A stretch of 24,387 nt of DNA from a virus. Taxonomy: Duplodnaviria; Caudoviricetes. The stretch spans positions 1 through 24,387 of IMG/VR virus record IMGVR_UViG_3300027672_000087. One strand, given 5' to 3'. A program made the translations under genes and the position numbers. The notes beneath the pieces were generated by a model. That model saw only the letters and a program-made list of their open reading frames with translations, did no database searches and had not been told where the DNA came from. Position 1 is the stretch's first letter. Each line of letters opens with the position of its first letter. This document shows positions 15,133 through 24,288 of the stretch, one piece after another.

Positions 15133-16020
15133 ATGGCGGTTTCTAATAGCGTAGATTTTGATCTTGATGTAGCTGATTATATTGAAGAAGCTTTTGAGCG
15201 GTGTGGCTTAGAGGTTAGAACGGGTTACGACCTTAAATCCGCCAAACGATCTTTAAACCTGATGCTTGCCGAATGGGCTAACCGGGGTTTAAATCAGTGG
15301 ACTATTAAGCAGGTATCTTTGCCGTTAGTTACAGGTATTGCTGATTATCCTGCCGGAATATTAAATATGACAGTAGGGACTGTTAACGCTTTTAGATTGG
15401 GTGAAAATATTACAGGTGTAACAAGTGGTGCTACTGCTTCACTAACAAGTGCTACTTCTGCTACTGTTTTTGCTATAACTATACCTTCAGGGACATTTGT
15501 TGCGGGTGAAACTATTGTAGGTGAAACAAGTGGTGCTAGTACAACTGTAACTTCTGCGGTAGATTTTTTTAACGTAAGAAGCAATATAGATATTTTGTCT
15601 GTGGTAGTTCGGCGGGACGGGACAGACTTTGCTTTGTCTAGGTTAAGTAGAGATGACTATATTAATATTCCTAACAAGACCACTCAGTCTCGGCCTAACC
15701 AATTCTTTTTAGATCGTCAGGTTACGCCGATTTTAAGGATTTGGCCTACTCCAGAAAACGACACTGATGTTATTTTTTACAATGCTCTTACACGCATGGA
15801 CGATGCTGATACCTTTATAAACAATATGGACATGCCGTTTAGGTTTTATCCATGTTTGGCCGCAGGGTTGGCTTATTATATTTCGGTAAAGCGGGCTCCT
15901 AATCGTGTTCAGATGTTAAAAGCTATGTATGAAGAAGAGTTTGAACGCGCTATGACTGAAGATCGTGACCGGGCATCGTTTAACGTTGTTCCGAAGTACG
16001 ATTATTATAGGGTAGGCTAA
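15133..16020 (+). CDS. Putative head-tail adaptor/tail tubular protein with inserted beta-module
   Basis: ATG 15133 after GAGGA is preferred over 15106; adaptor-like pattern (IEEAFERCG, SLNLMLAEWAN, RPNQF, IWPTP, LAAGLAYY, YEEEFERA). Confidence 0.65.
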   Translation: MAVSNSVDFDLDVADYIEEAFERCGLEVRTGYDLKSAKRSLNLMLAEWANRGLNQWTIKQVSLPLVTGIADYPAGILNMTVGTVNAFRLGENITGVTSGATASLTSATSATVFAITIPSGTFVAGETIVGETSGASTTVTSAVDFFNVRSNIDILSVVVRRDGTDFALSRLSRDDYINIPNKTTQSRPNQFFLDRQVTPILRIWPTPENDTDVIFYNALTRMDDADTFINNMDMPFRFYPCLAAGLAYYISVKRAPNRVQMLKAMYEEEFERAMTEDRDRASFNVVPKYDYYRVG

Positions 16021-16325
16021 TGGGTAAGTTTGCAATAGGCAAAAACGCTTTTGCAATTTCTGACCGATCCGGTTTCCGGTATCGTTATAAAGACATGCGC
16101 GAAGAGTGGAACGGTCTGCTTGTTGGCAGAGATGAGTTTGAAGCTAAACAACCTCAACTAGGGCCTTTTCGCAAAGCCACAGATCCCCAAGCCCTTAAAA
16201 ATGCCCGTCCAGATAAAAAAGAGGTCTTAGACGTTTATGTCGGGATTCCCTTAGTAGAAGCACCGCAGCCCAGACCAACACGGGCGTTTGGTTTTGCAGG
16301 AGTTGTTACGGTGGTTACATCATGA
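16020..16325 (+). CDS. Neck-region hypothetical protein, 101 aa
   Basis: TAATG-coupled; ISDRSGFRY...EWNGLLV...PQL motif. Confidence 0.75.
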   Translation: MGKFAIGKNAFAISDRSGFRYRYKDMREEWNGLLVGRDEFEAKQPQLGPFRKATDPQALKNARPDKKEVLDVYVGIPLVEAPQPRPTRAFGFAGVVTVVTS

Positions 16326-17260
16326 GCTATACTTATACTACATTAAAACAGGCCATACTGGATTACACGGAAAACGATGAAACAACGTTTGTAAGTAATC
16401 TTCCTGTTTTCATTAAAAACACAGAAGAGCGTATCTTAAAGAACGTTCAATTAAGCTTGTTCCAAAAGAACGACGCTGGCGCAATGTCTGCGTCCAATAA
16501 GTTCTTAGGGGTTCCAAGCGACTTCTTAGCGCCGTTTGCTTTGTCTTTCACCAACAGTTCTGGCAACGTTGTGTTCTTAGACTTCAAAGACTCTAACTTT
16601 GTGCAGTCTTTTAACCCAGATGCTACAGTAACGGGCCCTCCTCGTTACTATGCTCAGTATGACCTTAACAATTTGATTCTAAGCCCCACTCCGGACAGTG
16701 GCTATGCGGCTGAAATACATTATTTCTACCGTCCAACCAGCTTGACCAAAAGTCAGACTACGTTTTCGGTGGCTTATACTGGTGGAACTGTTTTTTCTCC
16801 GGGAGAAACAATAATTGCAACTCCTGCGGGGGCAACTTCTTCTACTGAAAACTCTTCTTTTATCGTTACCGGGACCACCGGAACGGGTAACACAACCTTA
16901 ACCGCTAACTTTCCTGCGGGTTTGACGGATGCTTACCCTAGAGGAACGGCCGCTTCTGGAACAGCTTTGGTTGGAAACACCAGCGGCGCTGTTGCGGTAG
17001 TTAACAACGTTCCCAGCGGAACAACTTCCGAAAAGATAGTGCCTGACATTACTACAACGTGGATCAGTGAAAATGCAGATTTAGCAATTTTGTACGGAAG
17101 CTTGATGGAAGCGTATGTGTATATGAAGGGTGAACAGGACATGCAGGTCTTGTACGAAAAGCGTTTTGTTGAGGCTATTATGGGTCTCAAGCTACTTGGC
17201 GAGAGCAAAGAAGTTACAGATGAGTACAGAACCGGACCAGTGGTGAGGCAAAAACAATGA
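16322..17260 (+). CDS. Putative tail tubular/adaptor protein with inserted beta-module
   Basis: Y.TLKQAILDYTEN, FIKNTEERI, GPPRYYA, SPTPD, YFYRP, LYGSLMEAY motifs typical of podovirus adaptors. Confidence 0.65.
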   Translation: MSYTYTTLKQAILDYTENDETTFVSNLPVFIKNTEERILKNVQLSLFQKNDAGAMSASNKFLGVPSDFLAPFALSFTNSSGNVVFLDFKDSNFVQSFNPDATVTGPPRYYAQYDLNNLILSPTPDSGYAAEIHYFYRPTSLTKSQTTFSVAYTGGTVFSPGETIIATPAGATSSTENSSFIVTGTTGTGNTTLTANFPAGLTDAYPRGTAASGTALVGNTSGAVAVVNNVPSGTTSEKIVPDITTTWISENADLAILYGSLMEAYVYMKGEQDMQVLYEKRFVEAIMGLKLLGESKEVTDEYRTGPVVRQKQ

Positions 17261-17556
17261 ACGAAATGTCTTTTGGCGTTGAAATGTCTAATGATTTTAA
17301 GGTGGGAGTGGAAACTACAGACAACCGTGGTTTTACTCCTGAAGAGACTGCAAAGCGTTGCGTAAATAAAATTGTAAGTATTTCCGAAACCGCGCCCCCT
17401 GAAATACGGGATCAAGCGCTTGCATATCGAGACGATGTAGAGAAGCTTGTGGCTATCTATATGAAACAGGCTATTCAAAGCGACAGAACTACAGTATATA
17501 ATGCAATAAAAGATGCTGGTCAGCTAAAGTTGGCCGAATATATAAGGAAAATGTAA
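17257..17556 (+). CDS. Hypothetical protein, 99 aa
   Basis: ATGA-coupled; abuts the next gene. Confidence 0.75.
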   Translation: MNEMSFGVEMSNDFKVGVETTDNRGFTPEETAKRCVNKIVSISETAPPEIRDQALAYRDDVEKLVAIYMKQAIQSDRTTVYNAIKDAGQLKLAEYIRKM

Positions 17557-17991
17557 ATGGCTTTTAACGGCAACTTTCTATGCACCTCGTTCAAAGTAGA
17601 ACTGATGAAGGGTGTTCACAATTTTACAGCAGCGAGTAATCAGTTTAAATTAGCTCTGTACACCAACAGTGCTACTTTTAACGCTGCAACTACTGCATAC
17701 ACCTCTGGCAACGAAATCTCTGGTACAAACTACACGGCAAAAGGAAACTTTTTAACGAGTGTAACACCCGTGGCTAGTGGAACAACTGCTCTGGCAGATT
17801 TTGCAGATGAGGTTTTTTCAACGGTTACAATATCGGCTGTTAGGGGTGCTTTAATATTTAATGAAGCGGCTACTGGCGATCCAACGGTTTGTGTTCTGGA
17901 CTTTGGCGCGGATAAAGCAGCCAGTTCCGGCGACTTCACCATTGTTTTTCCTACTGCCGATGCAAGTAACGCGATAATCCGGATAGCCTAA
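17557..17991 (+). CDS. Putative tail/virion structural protein, 144 aa
   Basis: FKLALYT, RGALIFN, VLDFGADK, FTIVFP beta-sandwich pattern; upstream of the tail fibre. Confidence 0.7.
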   Translation: MAFNGNFLCTSFKVELMKGVHNFTAASNQFKLALYTNSATFNAATTAYTSGNEISGTNYTAKGNFLTSVTPVASGTTALADFADEVFSTVTISAVRGALIFNEAATGDPTVCVLDFGADKAASSGDFTIVFPTADASNAIIRIA

Positions 17992-18479
17992 TGGCCGATC
18001 CGGTTGCAGCCTTTCAAGGGTGGAATAGCTCCCTCCAAGGGTGGAACACCGGAACTTGGAATACCAATGTTGCCTATAATGTAACGGCAACCGCTTCGGT
18101 TAATAACGCTGCACCCAATATTGAAGGGGATGCGTTTGGGCAAGCAGGCGCAGTAGTAGGGACAGGCGCAGTTGGATCTGTTACTGTTGTTGGAAAGGCT
18201 AATGTTACCGTTACGGGCGTTGCGGGAACTTCGGCTTTAGGTAGTTTCTTTACCACCAACACAATGGTAACGATGACTGCTTCGGTCAACAGTGCAACAA
18301 CGGCGACAGTTGGTAATGCCAATGTTCCCGTCACAGGGGTAAGTGCAACTGGGGTAGTAGGAACTTTAACAAACCCACCTTGGGGTCAAATTGTTCCAGA
18401 TCAGAACCCCAACTTTTTAAACATAGCGCCTTCTCAAAACCCTTCTTGGGCTAATATTGAGAACGGCCGCGTAGCATAG
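17991..18479 (+). CDS. Putative virion structural protein, 162 aa
   Basis: GW/TW N-terminal repeats and VTGV[A/S]..G.VG repeats; low-complexity T/V/G/A. Confidence 0.7.
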   Translation: MADPVAAFQGWNSSLQGWNTGTWNTNVAYNVTATASVNNAAPNIEGDAFGQAGAVVGTGAVGSVTVVGKANVTVTGVAGTSALGSFFTTNTMVTMTASVNSATTATVGNANVPVTGVSATGVVGTLTNPPWGQIVPDQNPNFLNIAPSQNPSWANIENGRVA

Positions 18480-18488
18480 GATAATAAC

Positions 18489-21400
18489 ATGGCAAGTGTA
18501 TATACAAACGACTTACGGTTAGAGGAAATAGGTTCCGGCGAACAGTCGGGAACTTGGGGCGATACCACTAACACTAACTTAGAACTGATTGCAGAAGCGT
18601 TTGCTTTTGGCACTGAGGCAATTACAACTAACGCTGACACACACGCAACAACAATTGCAGACGGAGCTTCGGACCCCGGTCGTGCAATGTTTTTGAGATA
18701 TACGGGAGCAATGAACAGCGCCCCTGTAATTACTCTTGGTCCAAACACGGTCAGCAAAATGTGGTTTATTGAAAACGCGACCACCGACAGCGGGAGCAGC
18801 GGTCCTTACAGCATTTTAATAGCTCAGGGAGATGGTGATACAAAGGTTACAATACCAAACGGACATGTGAAGGCCGTATATTCTAATGGGGCTGGATCAG
18901 GAGCTATAATTGTAGACGCCTTCGCCGCGTTATCTGTGGTTGATCTTCTGGTTGATGACGATCTGACTGTTGCGGGTGACTTAGACGTAGACGGTACAAC
19001 CAACCTAGACGTTGTGGACGTAGATGGCGCAGTTAACTTTGCCGCTGACGTAACCTTTGCAAATGGCGCAGATATTATCACTGCATCAGCAGGTTCATCT
19101 AACCTACGATTGGGTTTAAACGCAGGTAACTCAATAGCCTCTGGCGGTAATCAAAACGTGGTCTTGGGCGATGAGGCTGGTACTGCGATTACTACGGGTG
19201 ATGAAAATGTTTTTGTAGGATTTCAATCTGGTGATGCTTTAGTAGACGGTACTTTTAATGTAGCTATAGGTAGTAATTCATTAACCACTGACACAAAAGG
19301 TAAAAAAAGTGTAGCCGTAGGAACTAATGCGTTAGCTACACAAAATTTTACTACTCTTACGGATACATTTAATGTAGCAGTGGGACATAGTGCAGGAACA
19401 GCAATCACCACTGCTACAGAAAACGTCTTAATAGGCGGTTTAGCAGGTGATGCCCTTAACGTAGGCGGTCAAAATGTTGCCGTAGGACATGCTGCACTTT
19501 CTGCTGAAGATGGTCATGGGCAAAATGTTGCTATTGGGTATTTAGCATTGGTTGCTCAAAACGCAGGAGCAACAGCTCATAACACAGCGGTAGGGTCACA
19601 AGCAGGTTTATCAGTCACTACTGGCATAAAAAACACCCTCATAGGCGCTCTTGCTGGAGATGCAATTACTGATGCAGATAATAATGTTGCGGTAGGTTAT
19701 CAGGCTTTAAGTACAAATGTATTAGGAAGTCATTCGGTTGCTTTAGGTTCATCTGCTTTGCTTGCCCAAAATCCTGCCACGGCCGTTCAAATGTTTAACG
19801 TAGCCATAGGTTTTGATGCAGGAGCCGCAGTCACCACGGGCACAGACAACACGATTATAGGTGGCCTAGCAGGTGATGCTCTGACTACAGGTAGTCTTAA
19901 TGTTGTTTTAGGCAAAAAGGCTTTAGGTTCTGATACTAAAGGTAATAGGTCCACTGCGATTGGCAGATTTGCTTTAGGAACTCAAAACCATACGACGTCT
20001 ACAGATACTTACAATGTAGCTATGGGCTATTCCGCAGGTGGAGCAATAACCACAGGCCTAAAAAACACCCTCATAGGCGGCACAGCAGGTGATGGACTAT
20101 CCACGGGCCATAGCAATGTTGTTTTAGGATATGACGCATTAAGTACAGAAGATACAGGACGTAAAAGTGTTGCTATTGGATTTGAAGCTCTCAACACACA
20201 AAATGCTGATGTTGATAACTTAAACACAGCAGTAGGCCATCAATCAGGTAAAGCAGTCACGACAGGCGTACAAAATGCTCTAATAGGTGCATTAGCAGGT
20301 GATGTCTTAACTGATGCAGATTTTAATGTAGCTGTTGGTACTGCCGCATTAAGCAGTGACACACTAGGCAGTAGATCAACTGCGGTAGGCCATCAAGCAC
20401 TAGAAAACCAAAACTTCACCCAAGCCACAAATACATATAACATAGCAGTGGGCTATAATGCAGGAGTATCTATCACCACAGGAATAAGAAATGTTGTTAT
20501 TGGTGGTAATGCTTTAGATGCAGAAACTATAGGTAGCAAAAGTACTGCCGTTGGCTACGCATCTTTAGGAGCGCAAAATCCTGCAACGGCTGTGGATATG
20601 TTTAATACTGCTATTGGCTACGAATCAGGAAATTCAATCACCACTGGTAGAACTAGTGTTTTCGTAGGGGCAAGAGCAGGGGAAACTGCAACTACTTGCG
20701 ATGATTCTGTTATGGTTGGTTTTAATGCAGGGGGTGACGGTGTTGTTACGGGTAACTTAAATGTATTAGTTGGAAAAGACGCTGGCAAAATTATGACTAG
20801 TGGAAATGGCAACACTGTTGTTGGCGCAGACTCAGGCCTTGCAATGACTAGTGCTGCTAACAACACTATTTTGGGATACAATGCTGGTGATAGTGTAACG
20901 GCATCAGGTAATACTTTTTTGGGTAAAGAGTCTGGTGATGGTGTTACTGGTGGCGGTGATAATATATGTATAGGTCGTAACGCTACTCTTGCTAGTGCTA
21001 ACACTTCAAATGCTATAACTATTGGAATAGGAATAAATACCGCTGCAAATAACTTTGCATTTGGTAAAGCAAGTAATATTGTTCTCAATGACTTTGATAC
21101 TGATGCTAACTGGTCACGTTCCTCAGATGAACGATTAAAGAAAAACATTACAAATCAAACATTAGGTTTAAATTTTATAAATGATTTAAGAACTGTTAAA
21201 TATAAATGGAAAGCCAATGGTGAGCTTGATGCTTCAGATAGTCAATTAGCACATTTACGTGAGACTGATGATGACGGTAACATTATTAACTATATGAACA
21301 CAGATGCAACAATGCACAACTTTATTGCTCAAGAAGTTAAGGCTGCATTAGACACGGCAGGTGTGTCTGACTTTGGTGGTTGGAAAGAAGATCATTATGG

Positions 21401-21512
21401 AGTTCAACAGGTATCTCGTGAGATGTTTGTCATACCACTGGTTAAAGCAGTACAAGAATTGTCAACAGCATTAGATGCAGCATTAGCTCGTATCACAACC
21501 CTAGAAGGATAA
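18489..21512 (+). CDS. Tail fibre/receptor-binding protein with YadA-head-like beta-roll repeats and C-terminal intramolecular chaperone (peptidase S74)
   Basis: N-terminal anchor (GEQSGTWGDTTNTNL), many N-x-A-[VI]-G-x-x-A repeats, SDERLKKNI at 21123, FIAQEV, terminal coiled coil LVKAVQELS. Confidence 0.9.
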   Translation: MASVYTNDLRLEEIGSGEQSGTWGDTTNTNLELIAEAFAFGTEAITTNADTHATTIADGASDPGRAMFLRYTGAMNSAPVITLGPNTVSKMWFIENATTDSGSSGPYSILIAQGDGDTKVTIPNGHVKAVYSNGAGSGAIIVDAFAALSVVDLLVDDDLTVAGDLDVDGTTNLDVVDVDGAVNFAADVTFANGADIITASAGSSNLRLGLNAGNSIASGGNQNVVLGDEAGTAITTGDENVFVGFQSGDALVDGTFNVAIGSNSLTTDTKGKKSVAVGTNALATQNFTTLTDTFNVAVGHSAGTAITTATENVLIGGLAGDALNVGGQNVAVGHAALSAEDGHGQNVAIGYLALVAQNAGATAHNTAVGSQAGLSVTTGIKNTLIGALAGDAITDADNNVAVGYQALSTNVLGSHSVALGSSALLAQNPATAVQMFNVAIGFDAGAAVTTGTDNTIIGGLAGDALTTGSLNVVLGKKALGSDTKGNRSTAIGRFALGTQNHTTSTDTYNVAMGYSAGGAITTGLKNTLIGGTAGDGLSTGHSNVVLGYDALSTEDTGRKSVAIGFEALNTQNADVDNLNTAVGHQSGKAVTTGVQNALIGALAGDVLTDADFNVAVGTAALSSDTLGSRSTAVGHQALENQNFTQATNTYNIAVGYNAGVSITTGIRNVVIGGNALDAETIGSKSTAVGYASLGAQNPATAVDMFNTAIGYESGNSITTGRTSVFVGARAGETATTCDDSVMVGFNAGGDGVVTGNLNVLVGKDAGKIMTSGNGNTVVGADSGLAMTSAANNTILGYNAGDSVTASGNTFLGKESGDGVTGGGDNICIGRNATLASANTSNAITIGIGINTAANNFAFGKASNIVLNDFDTDANWSRSSDERLKKNITNQTLGLNFINDLRTVKYKWKANGELDASDSQLAHLRETDDDGNIINYMNTDATMHNFIAQEVKAALDTAGVSDFGGWKEDHYGVQQVSREMFVIPLVKAVQELSTALDAALARITTLEG

Positions 21513-21517
21513 ATACA

Positions 21518-21787
21518 ATGGCAAGAGAAGCAGCGCAAATCGCACAGGATCACTCAGCACTGCTGGGTAGCGTGTCAGTAATTACAAGCGTTATCGCTAC
21601 GCACAACAAAGGCGCTAGTGCAACCGACGAAGACTTTGGTAACGACATGACGCATGACGAAAAGAAAGAGCGCGTAGCTCGTAGCAACAGTTATCTAGTC
21701 CACATGAAGGCACTAGACGATTGGGGCAGCGAGAGCTTTACGGCAATAGACGAAGCTATATCAGCGGCTAATACCTTTACCGCATAA
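21518..21787 (+). CDS. Hypothetical protein, 89 aa (possible tail-fibre partner)
   Basis: RBS AAGGA; directly after the tail fibre. Confidence 0.75.
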   Translation: MAREAAQIAQDHSALLGSVSVITSVIATHNKGASATDEDFGNDMTHDEKKERVARSNSYLVHMKALDDWGSESFTAIDEAISAANTFTA

Positions 21788-21809
21788 CCTAACTAGTCGG
21801 AGTGAATGA

Positions 21810-23921
21810 ATGCCCCTGACCAAACTCCAGTTTAAGCCCGGTATTAACCGAGAAGTCACCTCCTACACTAACGAAGGTGGCTGGTTTGACATGGATAAGG
21901 TCAGGTTTCGCTTTGGTTTCCCCGAAAAGATAGGGGGCTGGACAAGGTTTACGGGGGTTTCTTTCTTAGGAACCTGCCGTGCTTTGCATTCTTGGAAAGC
22001 CCTAGATGGAACAGAGTTTATAGGTGTTGGAACTAACTTAAAGTATTATCTTTTAGAGGGACAACAATACTACGACATTACCCCCATTCGGCTTACGTCG
22101 GGTGCGGGCGATGCTACTTTTCTTACTGGAGCCGACACGTTAAACGGCGCAATAGAAGCGGACTCTGAAACTATTGTAATAGACAGTGCAACGGGGTTTC
22201 CGGCTTCTGGCAGGGTTAAGATAGGCAGTGAGATAATAACTTACGCTTCTATTTCCAGCGTTACTTTGCAGGGCTGCGATAGAGGTCAAAGCGGAACAAT
22301 AGCGGCGGATCATGCTGACGGCGCGGCAATAGCTTGTTGCACCATTACTGTAACAGAAGCCGAACATAGCGCATTAGACAATGATTTTGTAACATTTACA
22401 GATGCGGCATCGCTAGGTGGTTTAATTACCGCGGCGGTTCTTAACCAAGAGTATCAAATTACAAGTATTGTCAGTCCCAATGCGTATCAAATTGAAGCTC
22501 GAACTGTTTCATCAATAGCGTCGATTACAACTACCGCGGGCTTAGAGCCAACGTTTCTTTTCTGCAATGCTTCAGATAGCAACACTGGAGGATCTGCTAC
22601 TGTTGCGACTTATCAGATCAACACGGGCCTTGATACGACAATTTCAGGAAACGGTTGGAACGCGGGTACTTACGGCCGTGGAACGTGGAACTCCTCAACG
22701 GATCTTTCAGCTTCTGGACAAACTCTCCGCATCTGGTCCCATGATAATTTTGGGGAGGACTTACTGATTAATGACCGGGACGGCAACATCTACTATTGGA
22801 ATAAAACAAATGGAACTGGTGTTAGGGCTCAAGCACTCTCTTCGTTAACAAATTCTGACGGTGCGCCAACTAAAGGTAAAATTGTCTTAGTTTCAGACAT
22901 TGCACGACATATCATTGTTTTTGGCTGTGATCCAGAAAACAGCACTGTTCAAGACCCGCTTTTAGTTAGGTTTGGCAGTCAGGAAAGCCTTATAACGTGG
23001 TCTGCAAGTGCGGTAAACACTGCGGGCGACCTTAAAATAGGCTCCGGATCTGAGATTATAGCGGCAATAGAAACAAAACAGCAGATCATGATATTTACGG
23101 ATGTTTCCTTACATGCCATGCAATTTCTAGGACCCCCGTTTACATTCGGTATTAACATGGTGTCTGACAATTTAACCATCATGAGTCCTTTGAGTGCAAT
23201 TAATGTCGAGGACACTATCTTTTGGATGGGTCAAGAAGAGTTCTACAGTTACTCTGGTTCGGTGCAGCGGTTAGCTTGTACGGTCAGAGACTTCATCTTT
23301 TCAGACTTTAACTTCCTTCAGAAGGAGAAAGTTACGGCCTCTACAAACACTGCTTTTGGCGAGGTTTGGTGGTTTTACCCGTCTGCAAGTAGTCAAGAAA
23401 ACGATAAATACGTTGTTTTCAACTACCAACAGAACGTCTGGTATTACGGAGACATGGCTCGCACTGCTTGGATGGATCGCGGTATAAACGCTGATCCACT
23501 TGCGGCGGGCACAGATCATTACTTATATGCTCACGAAAGCGGCTTTGATGACGGCAGTACGGAGCCTGCTACAGCCCTAGCGGCTTTCATTGAGAGCAGT
23601 CAGATTGACATGGGAGACGGGGATCACTTCTTGTTTATGAGCCGAATGGTTCCAGATTTGACCTTTAGAAACTCTACTGCGATTTCCCCTACTGCTACTA
23701 TGACCCTTCAGGCTCGCAATTATCCGGGGGGTTTATACCTTCAAACGCAAGCAAAAGCGGTTACAAGAAGCTCTACGGTTCCTATTGAGCAGTGGACAAA
23801 TCAAGTTAACGTCAGGCTTCGCGGCCGAGCCTTTTCTTTAAAGGTGGCTTCTACGGACACGGGGGTAGGGTGGCGTCTAGGTACGCCAAGAGTTGATATA
23901 AGACCAGATGGGCGCAGGTAA
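21810..23921 (+). CDS. Tail nozzle/DNA-stabilisation protein (P22 gp10/tail tubular B-like)
   Basis: 703 aa; KVRFRFGFPEKIGGW start, propeller-like W/F-rich repeats (WSHDNFGEDL, VWWFYPS, RTAWMD); accessory beta-domains near 22130-22500. Confidence 0.7.
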   Translation: MPLTKLQFKPGINREVTSYTNEGGWFDMDKVRFRFGFPEKIGGWTRFTGVSFLGTCRALHSWKALDGTEFIGVGTNLKYYLLEGQQYYDITPIRLTSGAGDATFLTGADTLNGAIEADSETIVIDSATGFPASGRVKIGSEIITYASISSVTLQGCDRGQSGTIAADHADGAAIACCTITVTEAEHSALDNDFVTFTDAASLGGLITAAVLNQEYQITSIVSPNAYQIEARTVSSIASITTTAGLEPTFLFCNASDSNTGGSATVATYQINTGLDTTISGNGWNAGTYGRGTWNSSTDLSASGQTLRIWSHDNFGEDLLINDRDGNIYYWNKTNGTGVRAQALSSLTNSDGAPTKGKIVLVSDIARHIIVFGCDPENSTVQDPLLVRFGSQESLITWSASAVNTAGDLKIGSGSEIIAAIETKQQIMIFTDVSLHAMQFLGPPFTFGINMVSDNLTIMSPLSAINVEDTIFWMGQEEFYSYSGSVQRLACTVRDFIFSDFNFLQKEKVTASTNTAFGEVWWFYPSASSQENDKYVVFNYQQNVWYYGDMARTAWMDRGINADPLAAGTDHYLYAHESGFDDGSTEPATALAAFIESSQIDMGDGDHFLFMSRMVPDLTFRNSTAISPTATMTLQARNYPGGLYLQTQAKAVTRSSTVPIEQWTNQVNVRLRGRAFSLKVASTDTGVGWRLGTPRVDIRPDGRR

Positions 23922-24235
23922 TGTCTCGTAATTTAGTAAAGCCGTTCTTTCCAAAGGCCCCGGAAGAATATGACCGGAAGTATATGGAGCAGGTTGTACG
24001 GTCATTTTCGGTGTATATAGAGCAGATGCAGAACCCCGGCGCGGGCAGAGATACGGGGATGGTTTTAACGAACTTACAGACGGACGATCAGGGGTTAGAA
24101 GTAGGTGAATTATTTCAATATAGGGACGCTGCGGGTATCATGGGCCAAGTAAAAATAACTGTTGCGGATCAACCGAATCTTGGTGGGAACACTTCCACTG
24201 GCGGTGTTGGTGCGGTAACTGTAGTAATATCATAA
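23921..24235 (+). CDS. Hypothetical virion protein, 104 aa
   Basis: TAATG-coupled to the nozzle gene; P.AP.EYD motif. Confidence 0.75.
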   Translation: MSRNLVKPFFPKAPEEYDRKYMEQVVRSFSVYIEQMQNPGAGRDTGMVLTNLQTDDQGLEVGELFQYRDAAGIMGQVKITVADQPNLGGNTSTGGVGAVTVVIS

Positions 24236-24240
24236 TAGCA

Positions 24241-24269
24241 TGGAAAAGCTAAAACATATCTGTTACAAT
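24241..24269 (+). promoter_or_regulatory. Putative sigma70 promoter with extended -10
   Basis: TGGAAA (24241-24246), 17-nt spacer, TG-T-TACAAT (24261-24269). Confidence 0.45.
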
Positions 24270-24288
24270 GTTTTTAGAGGGGATTGAG

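Noticed and set aside
18489-21512. Diversity-generating retroelement target in the tail fibre
   Set aside because: No reverse transcriptase and no template/variable repeat pair differing at adenines; the C-terminus is an S74 chaperone.
1643-23519. Remaining minus-strand and alternate-frame ORFs in the track (e.g. 16933-17478, 20618-21148, 10940-11269)
   Set aside because: They overlap confident + strand genes, lack RBS or recognisable motifs, and are expected by-products of codon bias.
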